Below, piece after piece: positions 18,228-27,501 of a stretch of 64,000 bases of DNA. The stretch spans positions 11,988 to 75,987 of the forward strand of contig MFBZ01000029.1 in NCBI GenBank assembly GCA_001776545.1, read 5' to 3'. A model generated the notes under the pieces. The model was given only the letters and a program-made list of their open reading frames with translations. It was not told the origin of the DNA and did no database searches. Position numbers and translations under genes: made by a program. Position 1 is the stretch's first letter. Every line of letters begins with the position of its first letter. The DNA comes from Candidatus Curtissbacteria bacterium RIFCSPLOWO2_12_FULL_41_16. GTDB lineage: Bacteria > Patescibacteriota > Microgenomatia > Curtissbacterales > GWA2-41-24.

Positions 18228-18320
18228 TCAAATGTCATCCCTCGACTTCGCTCAGGTCTTCGACCCTGAGGCTCAGACCCGAAGGGATGACCCTGAGTTT
18301 ATCGAAGGGTCAATTGTCAA
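18228..18320. repeat. Repeat family 2, short copy (inverted relative to the 12160 copy)
   Basis: tcatccctcgacttcgctcaggtcttcgaccctgaggctcagacccgaagggatgaccctgagtttatcgaagggtcaattgtc. The 22-mer gacccgaagggatgaccctgag is the exact reverse complement of 12181-12202. Confidence 0.6.
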
Positions 18321-18977
18321 TTAATATTTTCTCAACGAAATTGTCGTCTCAAACTTAGCGTTCGCCAAAAAATCAGCTCTCGATGGAGCCTTTATACCTT
18401 GATTGACGACAAAACTGACATTAACCAAAGCCGGCGAAAGAGAACCTGAGGTACTTGGAGTCGCCTTAAAACTACAGCTTTGGATATCTACTCCGGAAAC
18501 CGTGTCTGAATTCGTAAGTGTAGTATAACTGGAATCGGAAGGATTATTAGACGTTGAAACTACCACGCCCATCCATCCGTTTAGAGAACCGGTGGAGGCA
18601 AAACACTTTATGTGTAAAGGATTTTCATTTGGCCTGATAAGTTTAATATACTTATCTGAAACCGCAGCGTCTGCGCAAGAAGTTGAATTCCCGCTTTGAT
18701 TGAGGCAGTTAACATCAGTAGCGTTTCTTATCTGCCGTTCAAGCGAATCTAAAATTGCCTGACCGTTTTGTTTTACCTCCGCGGTCACATTGGCCTGATT
18801 TGTCCCGCGGAGGATTGATGTCAAAAACAAAAGTGTCGAGCCCACTCCGATAACCAAAATTCCTAAAACAACCAACAGTTCAATGAGAGTAAAACCTTTT
18901 GACAGATTGACACCTCGAGGCTTTGTGTTAATTGTTAATTTTGTTAATTGGTCAAATGTCCGCGAAGCGTAGGGCAT
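18321..18977 (-). CDS. Type IV minor pilin (prepilin N-terminus [15 protein letters not shown])
   Basis: It has a class III signal and a hydrophobic alpha-1 helix. Confidence 0.6.
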   Translation of the reverse strand: MPYASRTFDQLTKLTINTKPRGVNLSKGFTLIELLVVLGILVIGVGSTLLFLTSILRGTNQANVTAEVKQNGQAILDSLERQIRNATDVNCLNQSGNSTSCADAAVSDKYIKLIRPNENPLHIKCFASTGSLNGWMGVVVSTSNNPSDSSYTTLTNSDTVSGVDIQSCSFKATPSTSGSLSPALVNVSFVVNQGIKAPSRADFLANAKFETTISLRKY

Positions 18978-19046
18978 CTAATTCTACTTTACACCGTCTG
19001 CGCGTAATCGATCAAATGTCCATACTTCATAATTCATACTTCCATA

Positions 19047-19565
19047 TTACGGGGTCGGACAAGGTGAACCCGGTACAATCACACCCAGACACCAGGCTGT
19101 CAAAAATGTTTGGCTGGAAACAGACTGATTCCCGCCGGAATCGACCCAAGAAACAATAACCGTGATTGATCTTTCATTGGCGGTTGTAGATGCCAAGGTA
19201 ATTTTGCGTCTAAATTCAACATTTTCTAAAGTTATTGGCTCTCCGGTGGCATTTGGGCCGGAACATGTATTAAAACTCCAATTACTCGGGTCTGAATTTG
19301 ATGTATCAAGCGTAAAACAAATCCCACTACCGGGAATTGCGCTAAAGCCTTTTCGATCTCTATAAACTCTTATTTGTTCAAGATTTTGCTGAATCAACTT
19401 AGAAGCTTGTGTATTATTTTTTGCCGATCTGGATGTTCTCTGCGTAACCAGGCTTACTGTAACCAAAGAAACGGCCAAGGCAACCACCAGGGTTGTTGCC
19501 ACAATTACCTCAATTAAAGACTGCCCGCCCAATAGAATTGAAAATTTATTATGGTTTACTCTCAT
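19047..19565 (-). CDS. Type IV pilin-like protein (GQSLIEVIVATTLV)
   Basis: It carries a prepilin motif. The start was trimmed to the internal Met (MRVNHNKF) to reduce overlap with the upstream gene. Confidence 0.5.
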   Translation of the reverse strand: MRVNHNKFSILLGGQSLIEVIVATTLVVALAVSLVTVSLVTQRTSRSAKNNTQASKLIQQNLEQIRVYRDRKGFSAIPGSGICFTLDTSNSDPSNWSFNTCSGPNATGEPITLENVEFRRKITLASTTANERSITVIVSWVDSGGNQSVSSQTFLTAWCLGVIVPGSPCPTP

Positions 19566-20277
19566 TAGTTTCTCCGGAAGGCTGAATAATGACCTTATAT
19601 ACACCCGGGACTTGCTGGGATGAAAGCTCAACCGTCACCGAATCTTGAGGAATAGATCCGGTCAACTTACTCTGGTCAAGATCACCGTTGACATTCAAAA
19701 ATTGCCCTGACGGAGGAGTAAACGCGGTATTCCAAAAAGTTGCGCTTTGGGTCAGAGGTTGAAACAAAATGTTGACACTGGTCTTTGTAAAAACGCCGTA
19801 TTTTATAGCGCTTATGGTCACGCCTCGAGGTAACAAAACGGTTTTTGTGTCAAAAGATTGCTCCGTACCCGAAACATTACAATCTCTGGAAATTGTGTAT
19901 TTGTCGTTAGAACCAAGACCTGCGTCAAGTATCACGTACCAACCCACCAATAAAATTGCCGGATTGGGACTGGTTGGATTACAAGTTCCACCAACCACGC
20001 CTTTGTTACCGGACAGAGCATTGTTTTGAACAAGTCTTAGATCATTTTTGAGCTGTAAGGCTGCATTCTTAAGTCGCTGATTACGTTCAAAATTTAAAAA
20101 GGATGCGGTAATAACAGACGCAGTAATGCCGAAGATGGAAATAACAATCAGGAGCTCAATCAAACTAAAACCCAGTTTTAGTTTGAAGTGATAAGTGATA
20201 AGTGATAAGTGATAAGTTTTTACTAAATTTCTGCTTGTTGCTTGTTGCTTATCGCTTTTTACTTTAAGGAAGGGCAT
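19549..20277 (-). CDS. FimT/GspH-like pseudopilin ([16 protein letters not shown]); the N-terminal 35 codons are encoded by tandem heptamer repeats and may be leader rather than coding
   Basis: It has a prepilin motif and a conserved Glu at +5. The ATG-initiated ORF would give a 42-aa leader. Confidence 0.5.
   Translation of the reverse strand: MPFLKVKSDKQQATSRNLVKTYHLSLITYHFKLKLGFSLIELLIVISIFGITASVITASFLNFERNQRLKNAALQLKNDLRLVQNNALSGNKGVVGGTCNPTSPNPAILLVGWYVILDAGLGSNDKYTISRDCNVSGTEQSFDTKTVLLPRGVTISAIKYGVFTKTSVNILFQPLTQSATFWNTAFTPPSGQFLNVNGDLDQSKLTGSIPQDSVTVELSSQQVPGVYKVIIQPSGETNESKP
20184..20247. repeat. Tandem repeats GATAAGT x4 then GCTTGTT x3
   Basis: gtgataagtgataagtgataagtgataag...gcttgttgcttgttgcttatcgc; translated on the minus strand this gives LITYHLSLITYH. 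Confidence 0.65.
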
Positions 20278-20378
20278 TAGCTTAATATAGCATTTTCAGA
20301 TCATTTCGTCCCCACCCGAACCTCATCAGTTACTAACCTTCACCCTCAAAAGCGGACTTTTTCCGAAGTTTTCGAAAA

Positions 20379-21146
20379 TTAAAGTATCGAAAGATACAAG
20401 GCAATCAACTCTCGGCCCCAAAAAAGGGAAAGCAAAAAACCGCAGACCAAAAATGGGCCAAAGGGAATAGTCTGACCAAACCTTTTTTTACCCAAAAACA
20501 GAAGCATTATCGCAACGATTGCTCCCAGAGAAAATGCCAAAAAAACAGCCAGAATCATCTCTAAAAAGCCTAAAACCATTCCGATCAAAAAACCCAAAAT
20601 AACATCCCCCTCACCCATGCCTCGACCCCGCGTTAAAAGGACTATGGCCAGAAAAAAAATCCCTGCGCCAAAAGCCGCGAAAACATGCTCCACAAAAAGG
20701 TCGGAACGCAAAAAAAAGTAATTATAAAAAAGTGAAACAAAAGAGGCCAAAAAAACCAAAGATGTCGGAATAAGCGAGAACTTTACATCAACTGTTGCCA
20801 CTACCACTAAAACGGACACCAGAAAAAGATAAAGGAGAAATTTCGTAATTTCAAATGGATTATTGACGGAAAGCGCGTAAAAAGAAAGCACAAATAAGCC
20901 TCCCGTCACGGCCTCAACTGCCGGATACTGCCAGGATATCGGTCGCCGGCAATAACGACAACGAGCACCAAGGCCGACAAAACTAACTACCGGTATAAGA
21001 TCTATCGATGAAAGAGTAGCCTTGCAGTGATCACAATAAGATCTGCCCAAAATCGTCTCGCGGCGTATTGTCCGATCAATAACTACGTTTAGAAAACTGC
21101 CAACCGCCGTACCGATAATGAAAATTACCAAAAGCCAAAAGAACAT
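20379..21146 (-). CDS. pilD: Prepilin peptidase / N-methyltransferase (A24 family)
   Basis: The Cys-rich cytoplasmic loop (CDHCKATL...CRYCRRPI) and multiple TM helices are present. Confidence 0.85.
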   Translation of the reverse strand: MFFWLLVIFIIGTAVGSFLNVVIDRTIRRETILGRSYCDHCKATLSSIDLIPVVSFVGLGARCRYCRRPISWQYPAVEAVTGGLFVLSFYALSVNNPFEITKFLLYLFLVSVLVVVATVDVKFSLIPTSLVFLASFVSLFYNYFFLRSDLFVEHVFAAFGAGIFFLAIVLLTRGRGMGEGDVILGFLIGMVLGFLEMILAVFLAFSLGAIVAIMLLFLGKKRFGQTIPFGPFLVCGFLLSLFWGRELIALYLSIL

Positions 21147-21182
21147 TTACTTAATTAATATACTATACTATATTGCTTTGTT

Positions 21183-23336
21183 ATGATTAGTGCTCCAGCC
21201 AAATCGTGGCCATTGATAGTAATCACCTTTGTCATTTTCATTTTTTTTATAAAACTTTTCATTCCTCACCAAGCGATTTTCGTAACACCAGATTATGGCC
21301 GGAGCGACGCTTGGCATCTATCAATTGCCAATAAATATTACTACGCCCAAGAACTCAAAAAAAACCGCCTGCCAATTTGGAATCCCGCCGTCGGCACCGG
21401 CTTTCCAACTTTGGCCGAAGGCCAGACGGGCATCTTTTTCATACCCAATCTGATCCTGTTTCGATCATTACCTTTTGTTTTGGCCTACAATTTGAATTTA
21501 GTTCTGGCTTTCATTTTGGCCGCTTTCGGCGTCTATTTATTTTGCAGGTCACTTAATTTAAATAAATTTGCCTCCCTATATGGAGGCATTATTTTTGCTC
21601 TTGGTGGTTTTTTTATGGTCCACATTCCACACCTTCATCTCATCCAGACCGCCGCCATGCTTCCGTGGCTTTTCTGGGCCGCGAATGAATTTTTAAATAA
21701 CCAAAAAGTCCGCTATCTGCTTTTCTTAAGCCTCATCCTCTCGCAACAAATTTTCGCCGGATTTCCGCAAATAACAGCTTACGGTCTTTTTTCTTTATCA
21801 ATTTATGTAATTCTGCAGAACTTTTTTAAAAACAAAAAAGGACTCAAGTCGTTCATGATAATTAACTTGTCAATCATCCTCGGACTTTTAATCGCAACTA
21901 TTCAAATAGCACCAACTTACGAACTTCTCAAAGTTTCAAACCGCCACAATGACCCCCAATTAATCCTAAACCAGTTTCCTTACAAAGTGAAAAATCTTCT
22001 GCAGTTTTTAAATCCTTCTATTCTTGGATCTCCAAAAGACGGAACATATCCGAGGTGGGTTCCGGGTCAATGGGGAATATACTGGGAAAGTATTGCCTAC
22101 ATAGGAATCATTCCCCTCGCGCTATCGGCAGCGTCGACAGTTTTACTTTATTTTAAAAAAACCAGGGATAAAAAACCGATTGTCATTTTTGCCTCTCTGG
22201 CGACTTTAAGCATTTTATTATCCCTGGGATCATCCGCGCCTTTTCACCCATTGTTCTCTTTTCCACCCTTCTCGATCTTTAGAGTTCCTTCTCGTTTCTT
22301 GATAATCACTCAATTCTCGCTATGCGTACTCGCAGCAATTTATATCAACAAAATAACAAGGAGGCGTTTTTTGTATTTTTTGGTTTTGATTATCTCAATC
22401 GCGAATCTCTTTTTTGTATTTAAAAATTACAATCCTGTCGGCCGAGCTCCAGACTGGTTCGCAAGTCCTGAAACTGCAAAATACCTAAAAAGTCAAAATC
22501 CGGGGCGTATCTATACATTCGGCCAATTCACAAAATGGACCGAGCACTTTCTTTCCAGAGGATGGAAAGACCCCGGCTATTATTATTTTGCCAGAAACAG
22601 CCTTGACCAGAACTCCAATCTGATTTTTAATCTCTCGCAGGTTTTAAGTTACGAAAGCCTGCCAACACAGCGTTCATCAATTTTTGCTGCTTCAATATCC
22701 TCCGCCTTTAAAAGGGAAGACTCTGGTTATTCGGCCACAGCAAATCTGGCAAATTTTCTGGCCGCTGCCGGCGTGAGCCACGTGATCTCGACGGAAAACA
22801 TAGAAAGCGGCGATTTTCGAAAAGTTTTTGAAACGGCAGAAACAGAGAATACTTCATTCAAAATTTACAAATTGGCAAAAGATCCCTCACGCCTCTTCGT
22901 AACAGATCAGCTAAAAACTGCAAAAACCGTTCCGCAAATTACAAAAACCATAGAGAATAGAGAATTTGATCCGAAAAATCAGGCAATCGTCGAAATGGAT
23001 TCCAATCCTCCCGTTCTCAAACTTAGAAGTTGGCAAGCAAAAATAGTCGAAGAAACTCCTACAAAAGTTAAAATCGCCGCCAGGCTTGACGGCAATGGTT
23101 TCCTGATCCTTTCGGATAGTTTTTCCCCGGGCTGGTCAGCCAAAGTCAACGGCGCAAAAGCAAAGATTTATCCTGCAAACATAAACAGCCGGGCAGTTTT
23201 TTTAGACAATGGAGAAAACAAAATAATTTTTGAGTATAAGCCGAAAAGTCTTTATTACTTTTTACCAATCTCAATCATCTCGCTGGCTCTAACGCTAGTT
23301 TCTATATTTAAATTTTCAAAAGCAAAAATTATTTAA
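21183..23336 (+). CDS. Large polytopic membrane protein, YfhO-like GT-C-type putative glycosyltransferase
   Basis: It is 717 aa with about 12 or more predicted TM helices at the N-terminus and a large C-terminal extracytoplasmic domain ending in a TM anchor. The family assignment was made by eye. Confidence 0.4.
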   Translation: MISAPAKSWPLIVITFVIFIFFIKLFIPHQAIFVTPDYGRSDAWHLSIANKYYYAQELKKNRLPIWNPAVGTGFPTLAEGQTGIFFIPNLILFRSLPFVLAYNLNLVLAFILAAFGVYLFCRSLNLNKFASLYGGIIFALGGFFMVHIPHLHLIQTAAMLPWLFWAANEFLNNQKVRYLLFLSLILSQQIFAGFPQITAYGLFSLSIYVILQNFFKNKKGLKSFMIINLSIILGLLIATIQIAPTYELLKVSNRHNDPQLILNQFPYKVKNLLQFLNPSILGSPKDGTYPRWVPGQWGIYWESIAYIGIIPLALSAASTVLLYFKKTRDKKPIVIFASLATLSILLSLGSSAPFHPLFSFPPFSIFRVPSRFLIITQFSLCVLAAIYINKITRRRFLYFLVLIISIANLFFVFKNYNPVGRAPDWFASPETAKYLKSQNPGRIYTFGQFTKWTEHFLSRGWKDPGYYYFARNSLDQNSNLIFNLSQVLSYESLPTQRSSIFAASISSAFKREDSGYSATANLANFLAAAGVSHVISTENIESGDFRKVFETAETENTSFKIYKLAKDPSRLFVTDQLKTAKTVPQITKTIENREFDPKNQAIVEMDSNPPVLKLRSWQAKIVEETPTKVKIAARLDGNGFLILSDSFSPGWSAKVNGAKAKIYPANINSRAVFLDNGENKIIFEYKPKSLYYFLPISIISLALTLVSIFKFSKAKII

Positions 23337-25365
23337 AAGTAGGCTCGAGTTTTCTTTGTTGCTCATCCAAAAGCATTTGATATCTTGCAGCTGCTGCTTC
23401 ATCCAAATCGCAGTCTTTGGCAATTTTGACAAGTTGATTTAAGACATATTGATTCCGTTCGTTAATCGAATTTGCCCTGACAAAATTATTCTTTGCGCTC
23501 GTACAGTCACCTTTCTCCAGAAAAACTCGAGCCTTGCCTATGTAATAATCCTCGCTTTCGCCAATAATGGTGTTAGCAATAAAATAAAACTTCAACGCAT
23601 CATCATAATATTTCTTGGAAAGTAATTCATCGCCGATTTTTTTGTAGGATTCAAAGTAAAGAGCCTTAATATGCTCACCGATAAAATTTCTATAGCCGAC
23701 AGCCAGAGCGCCATCAGTAAACTTTAACCTGGGAAATATCGAGGCGACTGAATCAAAAATTATTCTCCCGTCCTCGATTTCATCTTTTTTAAAAAGTTCT
23801 GTCAAAAGCCCCGTTGTCGCCCATGATCCGTCTTCTATTTGCGGGACATAACCCCGGGCATAAATTTTAAAACGGGCTTTATTTGCGTTTATAAGTTCTT
23901 GCATAAAAGTAGCACTATCAAGTTGCCTGTCTTCAAAAAATTTCTCCGGGAAAGTTAAGTCCGGGTATGCTTCGACAAGTGAGAGACGATATTCTAAATA
24001 TCTCAAAGACCCGCCCTTTACTAATTTACGGTTTTGATAAATAGGATTCGTATAGTAGACGTATTGAGTGTTGAAAACGAGGGTATCGTCATAAACAAAA
24101 ATTATCGAATTAGGCTCTGACGATTCCAAAGTATCTCGCCCCAAAAGATCACCCAAGTAAAACTTTGATAAATCGCTTTTTGGCCAATTGATCAAAAACA
24201 ATGTCAGCGGAAAAATTAAAAATGATAATTTAATAGTTAAATCAAGAGTTTCTATCCTAAAAACCCAGGCTTTTTTCAAAAGATTTAGGCTTTTAAAAAA
24301 TTTCAGTAATCCCAGGCGTACCGCTGCAAAACCGAACCCTAAAAATATTGCCGTTAAAAAATAGCTAACTAGTAGAAAACGTTCCCAAATTCCTAAAAGA
24401 AAGTCTGTTGACAGTGCGAAGCTGGCGTAAGCTGCAAAAAAAGGCCCGGACAAAATCATTCCGGCAAAAAGCATCCAAAACAAAGACCTTTTTTTGATAA
24501 AGGCATAGAAAGACCCAAAAATAGCCAAAATTACTCCGAAAACAGTAAAATCATTTTTTACAAAATAAAAATAACTGATAATTTCCCAGGCCCTTTCGGA
24601 AAGTCTTGTGCCGATAAAACTCTTGGATGCCAAAAAAGTACCGTAATCGGCTCGGGTCAAAAGCCGCAAAAAGTTCCTCAAATTTTCAGGGTCATTCCAA
24701 TTTATAGGCGTATGGCGGCTTGCCGCATACGGGATAAAAAGATATGGTAAAAAACCGATGGCTGCAAGTATTGCAAGCTTTAAAAAAGATCTCCGGTTTT
24801 TGAAAATTTTACTGTCAGTCTTATAAACGAAATAGGCTAGTCCGGGCAAAATCAAAACGGCGGTCTGATGGTGGAAAAAGGCCAGTCCGAAAAAAATAAT
24901 AGACCAGTACAAAAACTTAATTTTGGGCTTTTTTTGACTGACTGAGTCATTCCACAAAATTAAAAAATAAACGGTTAAAGCAGTCAAGAGAACCAAAAGC
25001 TGAAAAACTTCTGTGACATGGGCATATAACCAAAATAGGGGAGTAAAGGCTAAAGTCAATGACGCGGCAAGTGAAAGAATTGCACTGCTTGTCAATTTTT
25101 TAACAATCAGAAAAACCACTCCAATAGACATTGCCTGTAATACCGCCGACATTAAATTAGACCGATAACTAACCGTATCCCCAAAAGGCAAATGGGTAAA
25201 AATATATCCAATCATTGTGTTTAGGGGATAACCGGGCGGGTGCGCAACCCCGCCAAACCAGTTAGCAAGAGTTATATCACCGGCATCACCACCATAAACT
25301 CCATGCGAAATACCCAAAAAATAAATAACGAAAGTAAAAAGCGAAACAAAAAGAAAACTGGTCAT
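23329..25365 (-). CDS. DUF2723/TMEM260-like GT-C glycosyltransferase (PMT-like) with C-terminal TPR repeats
   Basis: The N-terminus reads GDAGDITLANWFGGVAHPPGYPL (DUF2723 signature). It has many TM helices and a C-terminal TPR-like region (YYDDALKFYFIANTI...). Confidence 0.55.
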   Translation of the reverse strand: MTSFLFVSLFTFVIYFLGISHGVYGGDAGDITLANWFGGVAHPPGYPLNTMIGYIFTHLPFGDTVSYRSNLMSAVLQAMSIGVVFLIVKKLTSSAILSLAASLTLAFTPLFWLYAHVTEVFQLLVLLTALTVYFLILWNDSVSQKKPKIKFLYWSIIFFGLAFFHHQTAVLILPGLAYFVYKTDSKIFKNRRSFLKLAILAAIGFLPYLFIPYAASRHTPINWNDPENLRNFLRLLTRADYGTFLASKSFIGTRLSERAWEIISYFYFVKNDFTVFGVILAIFGSFYAFIKKRSLFWMLFAGMILSGPFFAAYASFALSTDFLLGIWERFLLVSYFLTAIFLGFGFAAVRLGLLKFFKSLNLLKKAWVFRIETLDLTIKLSFLIFPLTLFLINWPKSDLSKFYLGDLLGRDTLESSEPNSIIFVYDDTLVFNTQYVYYTNPIYQNRKLVKGGSLRYLEYRLSLVEAYPDLTFPEKFFEDRQLDSATFMQELINANKARFKIYARGYVPQIEDGSWATTGLLTELFKKDEIEDGRIIFDSVASIFPRLKFTDGALAVGYRNFIGEHIKALYFESYKKIGDELLSKKYYDDALKFYFIANTIIGESEDYYIGKARVFLEKGDCTSAKNNFVRANSINERNQYVLNQLVKIAKDCDLDEAAAARYQMLLDEQQRKLEPTFK

Positions 25366-26795
25366 TCTCTAAAAATTGACAATTTATATTTAGAAAGAGT
25401 ATCTAAATCTTTGTGAAGCTGGGTGATGTTAGTAACCCCTCTTAAATCACCAACGCTAACTCGAGGGTAAATTGATCCCCATAGTGCAAGCTTATCGAGC
25501 GATGGATCATTCGAAAACAACTGGCCGCGAACATCAGATAAAAAACCATATCTTTCAATTGTAATCTTTGTTCCTTGCGCTGAACTATTAATTGAAAAAG
25601 CAGATATTAAGACAATGGTAAAAATTGTAAATATTTTTAACCAATTGAAACTCAGAAAATTTTCTGATTTACTTTTTTGGGAAATATTCAAGTTAAAGTA
25701 GATCATCACTACAATCACTACCCAAAATAATTCAACAACTGTTATGTAACGAGAAACTGGCTGAGTCGGTAAACCAAGTCCTAATCGTCCGGCACCCGTA
25801 ACCACCGAGTTGAAAATAGCATAAAAACCTAAAGCAACACTTGATAAAATCAAAGTATTATTAAATAATTTTCCCCGGATAAATTTCAAAAGCAAATAAG
25901 CATAAATTACAAGCCCGAATATTCCCGATGCAATTGCTCTATTTGGGCTAAATATTTCAAGCGGAGATCCCAAAAGCATCAAAACCAATTTCACATAATC
26001 AATGGGGTGCTCGAAAACCAAAGTCATGGGAATTGGAGGATTAAAAGCCGGTTTTTGATATTTAAAAAAATAAGAAATGTAAATTAATAAAGATATGACA
26101 ACCCAAATTGTCAGAAATTTCACCTTTCTTATTTTAGAAATTTTTGGATGTAAAAAAATAATTACAAACCCAATCGGCCAGTAACTCAAACCTCCTGCAT
26201 AAGAATAAGTCGCAAAAGTACCAAAAACAACCGCAGCACCGACTGCAACCCAGGAAATAATTGGGGACGTTAAAATTAACAAACCCACAAGTATCGAAAA
26301 AAGGTTCATAAAAACCAATTTCTGCATTCCCCAAGTCCAGTTTTCAAATTGGCTGAGGGAAAAAACTAAGAAAGATAAAGTAGGTAATATAAATAAAATA
26401 GAATATTTTCGAAAATGTTTTACTTCTCGGTTTAAAAAATAAACTAGAGAAAGGAAAATCCCAAAGCCTAAAATCAAATTAAAAGCTATCTCATATTTTA
26501 AATTCCAACCTGTAAGCTGCCCGAGGGCTAGGGTCAAAAGATGAGGGAAAACCAGTCGGTGTTCATTGTGCTGTGACCAAAGATCATAAAAGGTAAGTGA
26601 TCCGGAAAACATCTTTTCAAACAGAGGCACTGAATACCACTCAACCCAGGTAGGTAAATCTACTGAAAACTTCACCAATATGTAAATTAAATAAATTATG
26701 GGAAGAATGGCAAAAAGTAAAATAAAAATTTTAGTTAACAAGAATCTATTCATTGTAGAATCCCTAAATTTAATAGAATAGTTTGTCAATTTCAA
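25362..26795 (-). CDS. Polytopic membrane protein, hypothetical (possible glycosyltransferase-associated)
   Basis: It is 477 aa with at least 10 hydrophobic segments. It overlaps the upstream gene by 4 nt, which suggests operon organisation. Confidence 0.35.
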   Translation of the reverse strand: MKLTNYSIKFRDSTMNRFLLTKIFILLFAILPIIYLIYILVKFSVDLPTWVEWYSVPLFEKMFSGSLTFYDLWSQHNEHRLVFPHLLTLALGQLTGWNLKYEIAFNLILGFGIFLSLVYFLNREVKHFRKYSILFILPTLSFLVFSLSQFENWTWGMQKLVFMNLFSILVGLLILTSPIISWVAVGAAVVFGTFATYSYAGGLSYWPIGFVIIFLHPKISKIRKVKFLTIWVVISLLIYISYFFKYQKPAFNPPIPMTLVFEHPIDYVKLVLMLLGSPLEIFSPNRAIASGIFGLVIYAYLLLKFIRGKLFNNTLILSSVALGFYAIFNSVVTGAGRLGLGLPTQPVSRYITVVELFWVVIVVMIYFNLNISQKSKSENFLSFNWLKIFTIFTIVLISAFSINSSAQGTKITIERYGFLSDVRGQLFSNDPSLDKLALWGSIYPRVSVGDLRGVTNITQLHKDLDTLSKYKLSIFRE

Positions 26796-26835
26796 GTATA
26801 AAGTGTTATCTTAAATCACTAACGATTCCGGCAGC

Positions 26836-27501
26836 ATGCAAGTTATCGAAGACATAAAAGAATTGTACATTAATCGTTTTTCAAAAGACGAACGAAAAGA
26901 AAGAAATGATATCTGGGAAGTTTTATGTTCAAGTTTTTTCCAACAATACATCGACCCGAAAAACAGTGTACTCGATTTAGGAGCAGGTTACTGTGAATTT
27001 ATTAACAATATCAAAGCTAAGCGCAAAATTGCGGTAGATCTTAATCCTGAAACCAAAAAGTTTGCCGATCATAATGTCAGAACTTTAATTTGCTCATCCA
27101 CAAAACTTCCAAAACAGCTGACTGGAAAAATCGACATCGTGTTTGCCAGCAATTTTTTTGAACACTTGCCGACAAAAGAAGATATCGTCAAAACGCTTGC
27201 ACAAGTTAAAAAAGCACTTGCAAGAAAGGGCAAAATTATAATCATGCATCCCAATATTAGATATTTAGGCGGTTCCTATTGGGACTTTTTAGACCACCAG
27301 CTTCCCTTGTCAGAAAAAAGCCTTGTAGAAGCGCTTACTCTTTCTAATTTCAAAATCATAAAAGTTATTCCTAAATTTCTTCCCTATACAATAAAATCTA
27401 AAATTCCAAAATATAAATGGTTAATTCGCCTTTATTTAAAATTTAAACTGGCTCATTTTATTCTCGGAAAACAAAGTCTGATTATTGCCCAAAAAATCTA
27501 A
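26836..27501 (+). CDS. Class I SAM-dependent methyltransferase
   Basis: Motif I reads VLDLGAGYCEF and motif II-like reads DIVFASNFFEH. Confidence 0.65.
   Translation: MQVIEDIKELYINRFSKDERKERNDIWEVLCSSFFQQYIDPKNSVLDLGAGYCEFINNIKAKRKIAVDLNPETKKFADHNVRTLICSSTKLPKQLTGKIDIVFASNFFEHLPTKEDIVKTLAQVKKALARKGKIIIMHPNIRYLGGSYWDFLDHQLPLSEKSLVEALTLSNFKIIKVIPKFLPYTIKSKIPKYKWLIRLYLKFKLAHFILGKQSLIIAQKI

Noticed and set aside
20184-20247. Possible CRISPR array
   Set aside because: The units are 7 nt with no spacers. This is simple tandem repeat, not the repeat-spacer architecture, and no cas genes are in the window.
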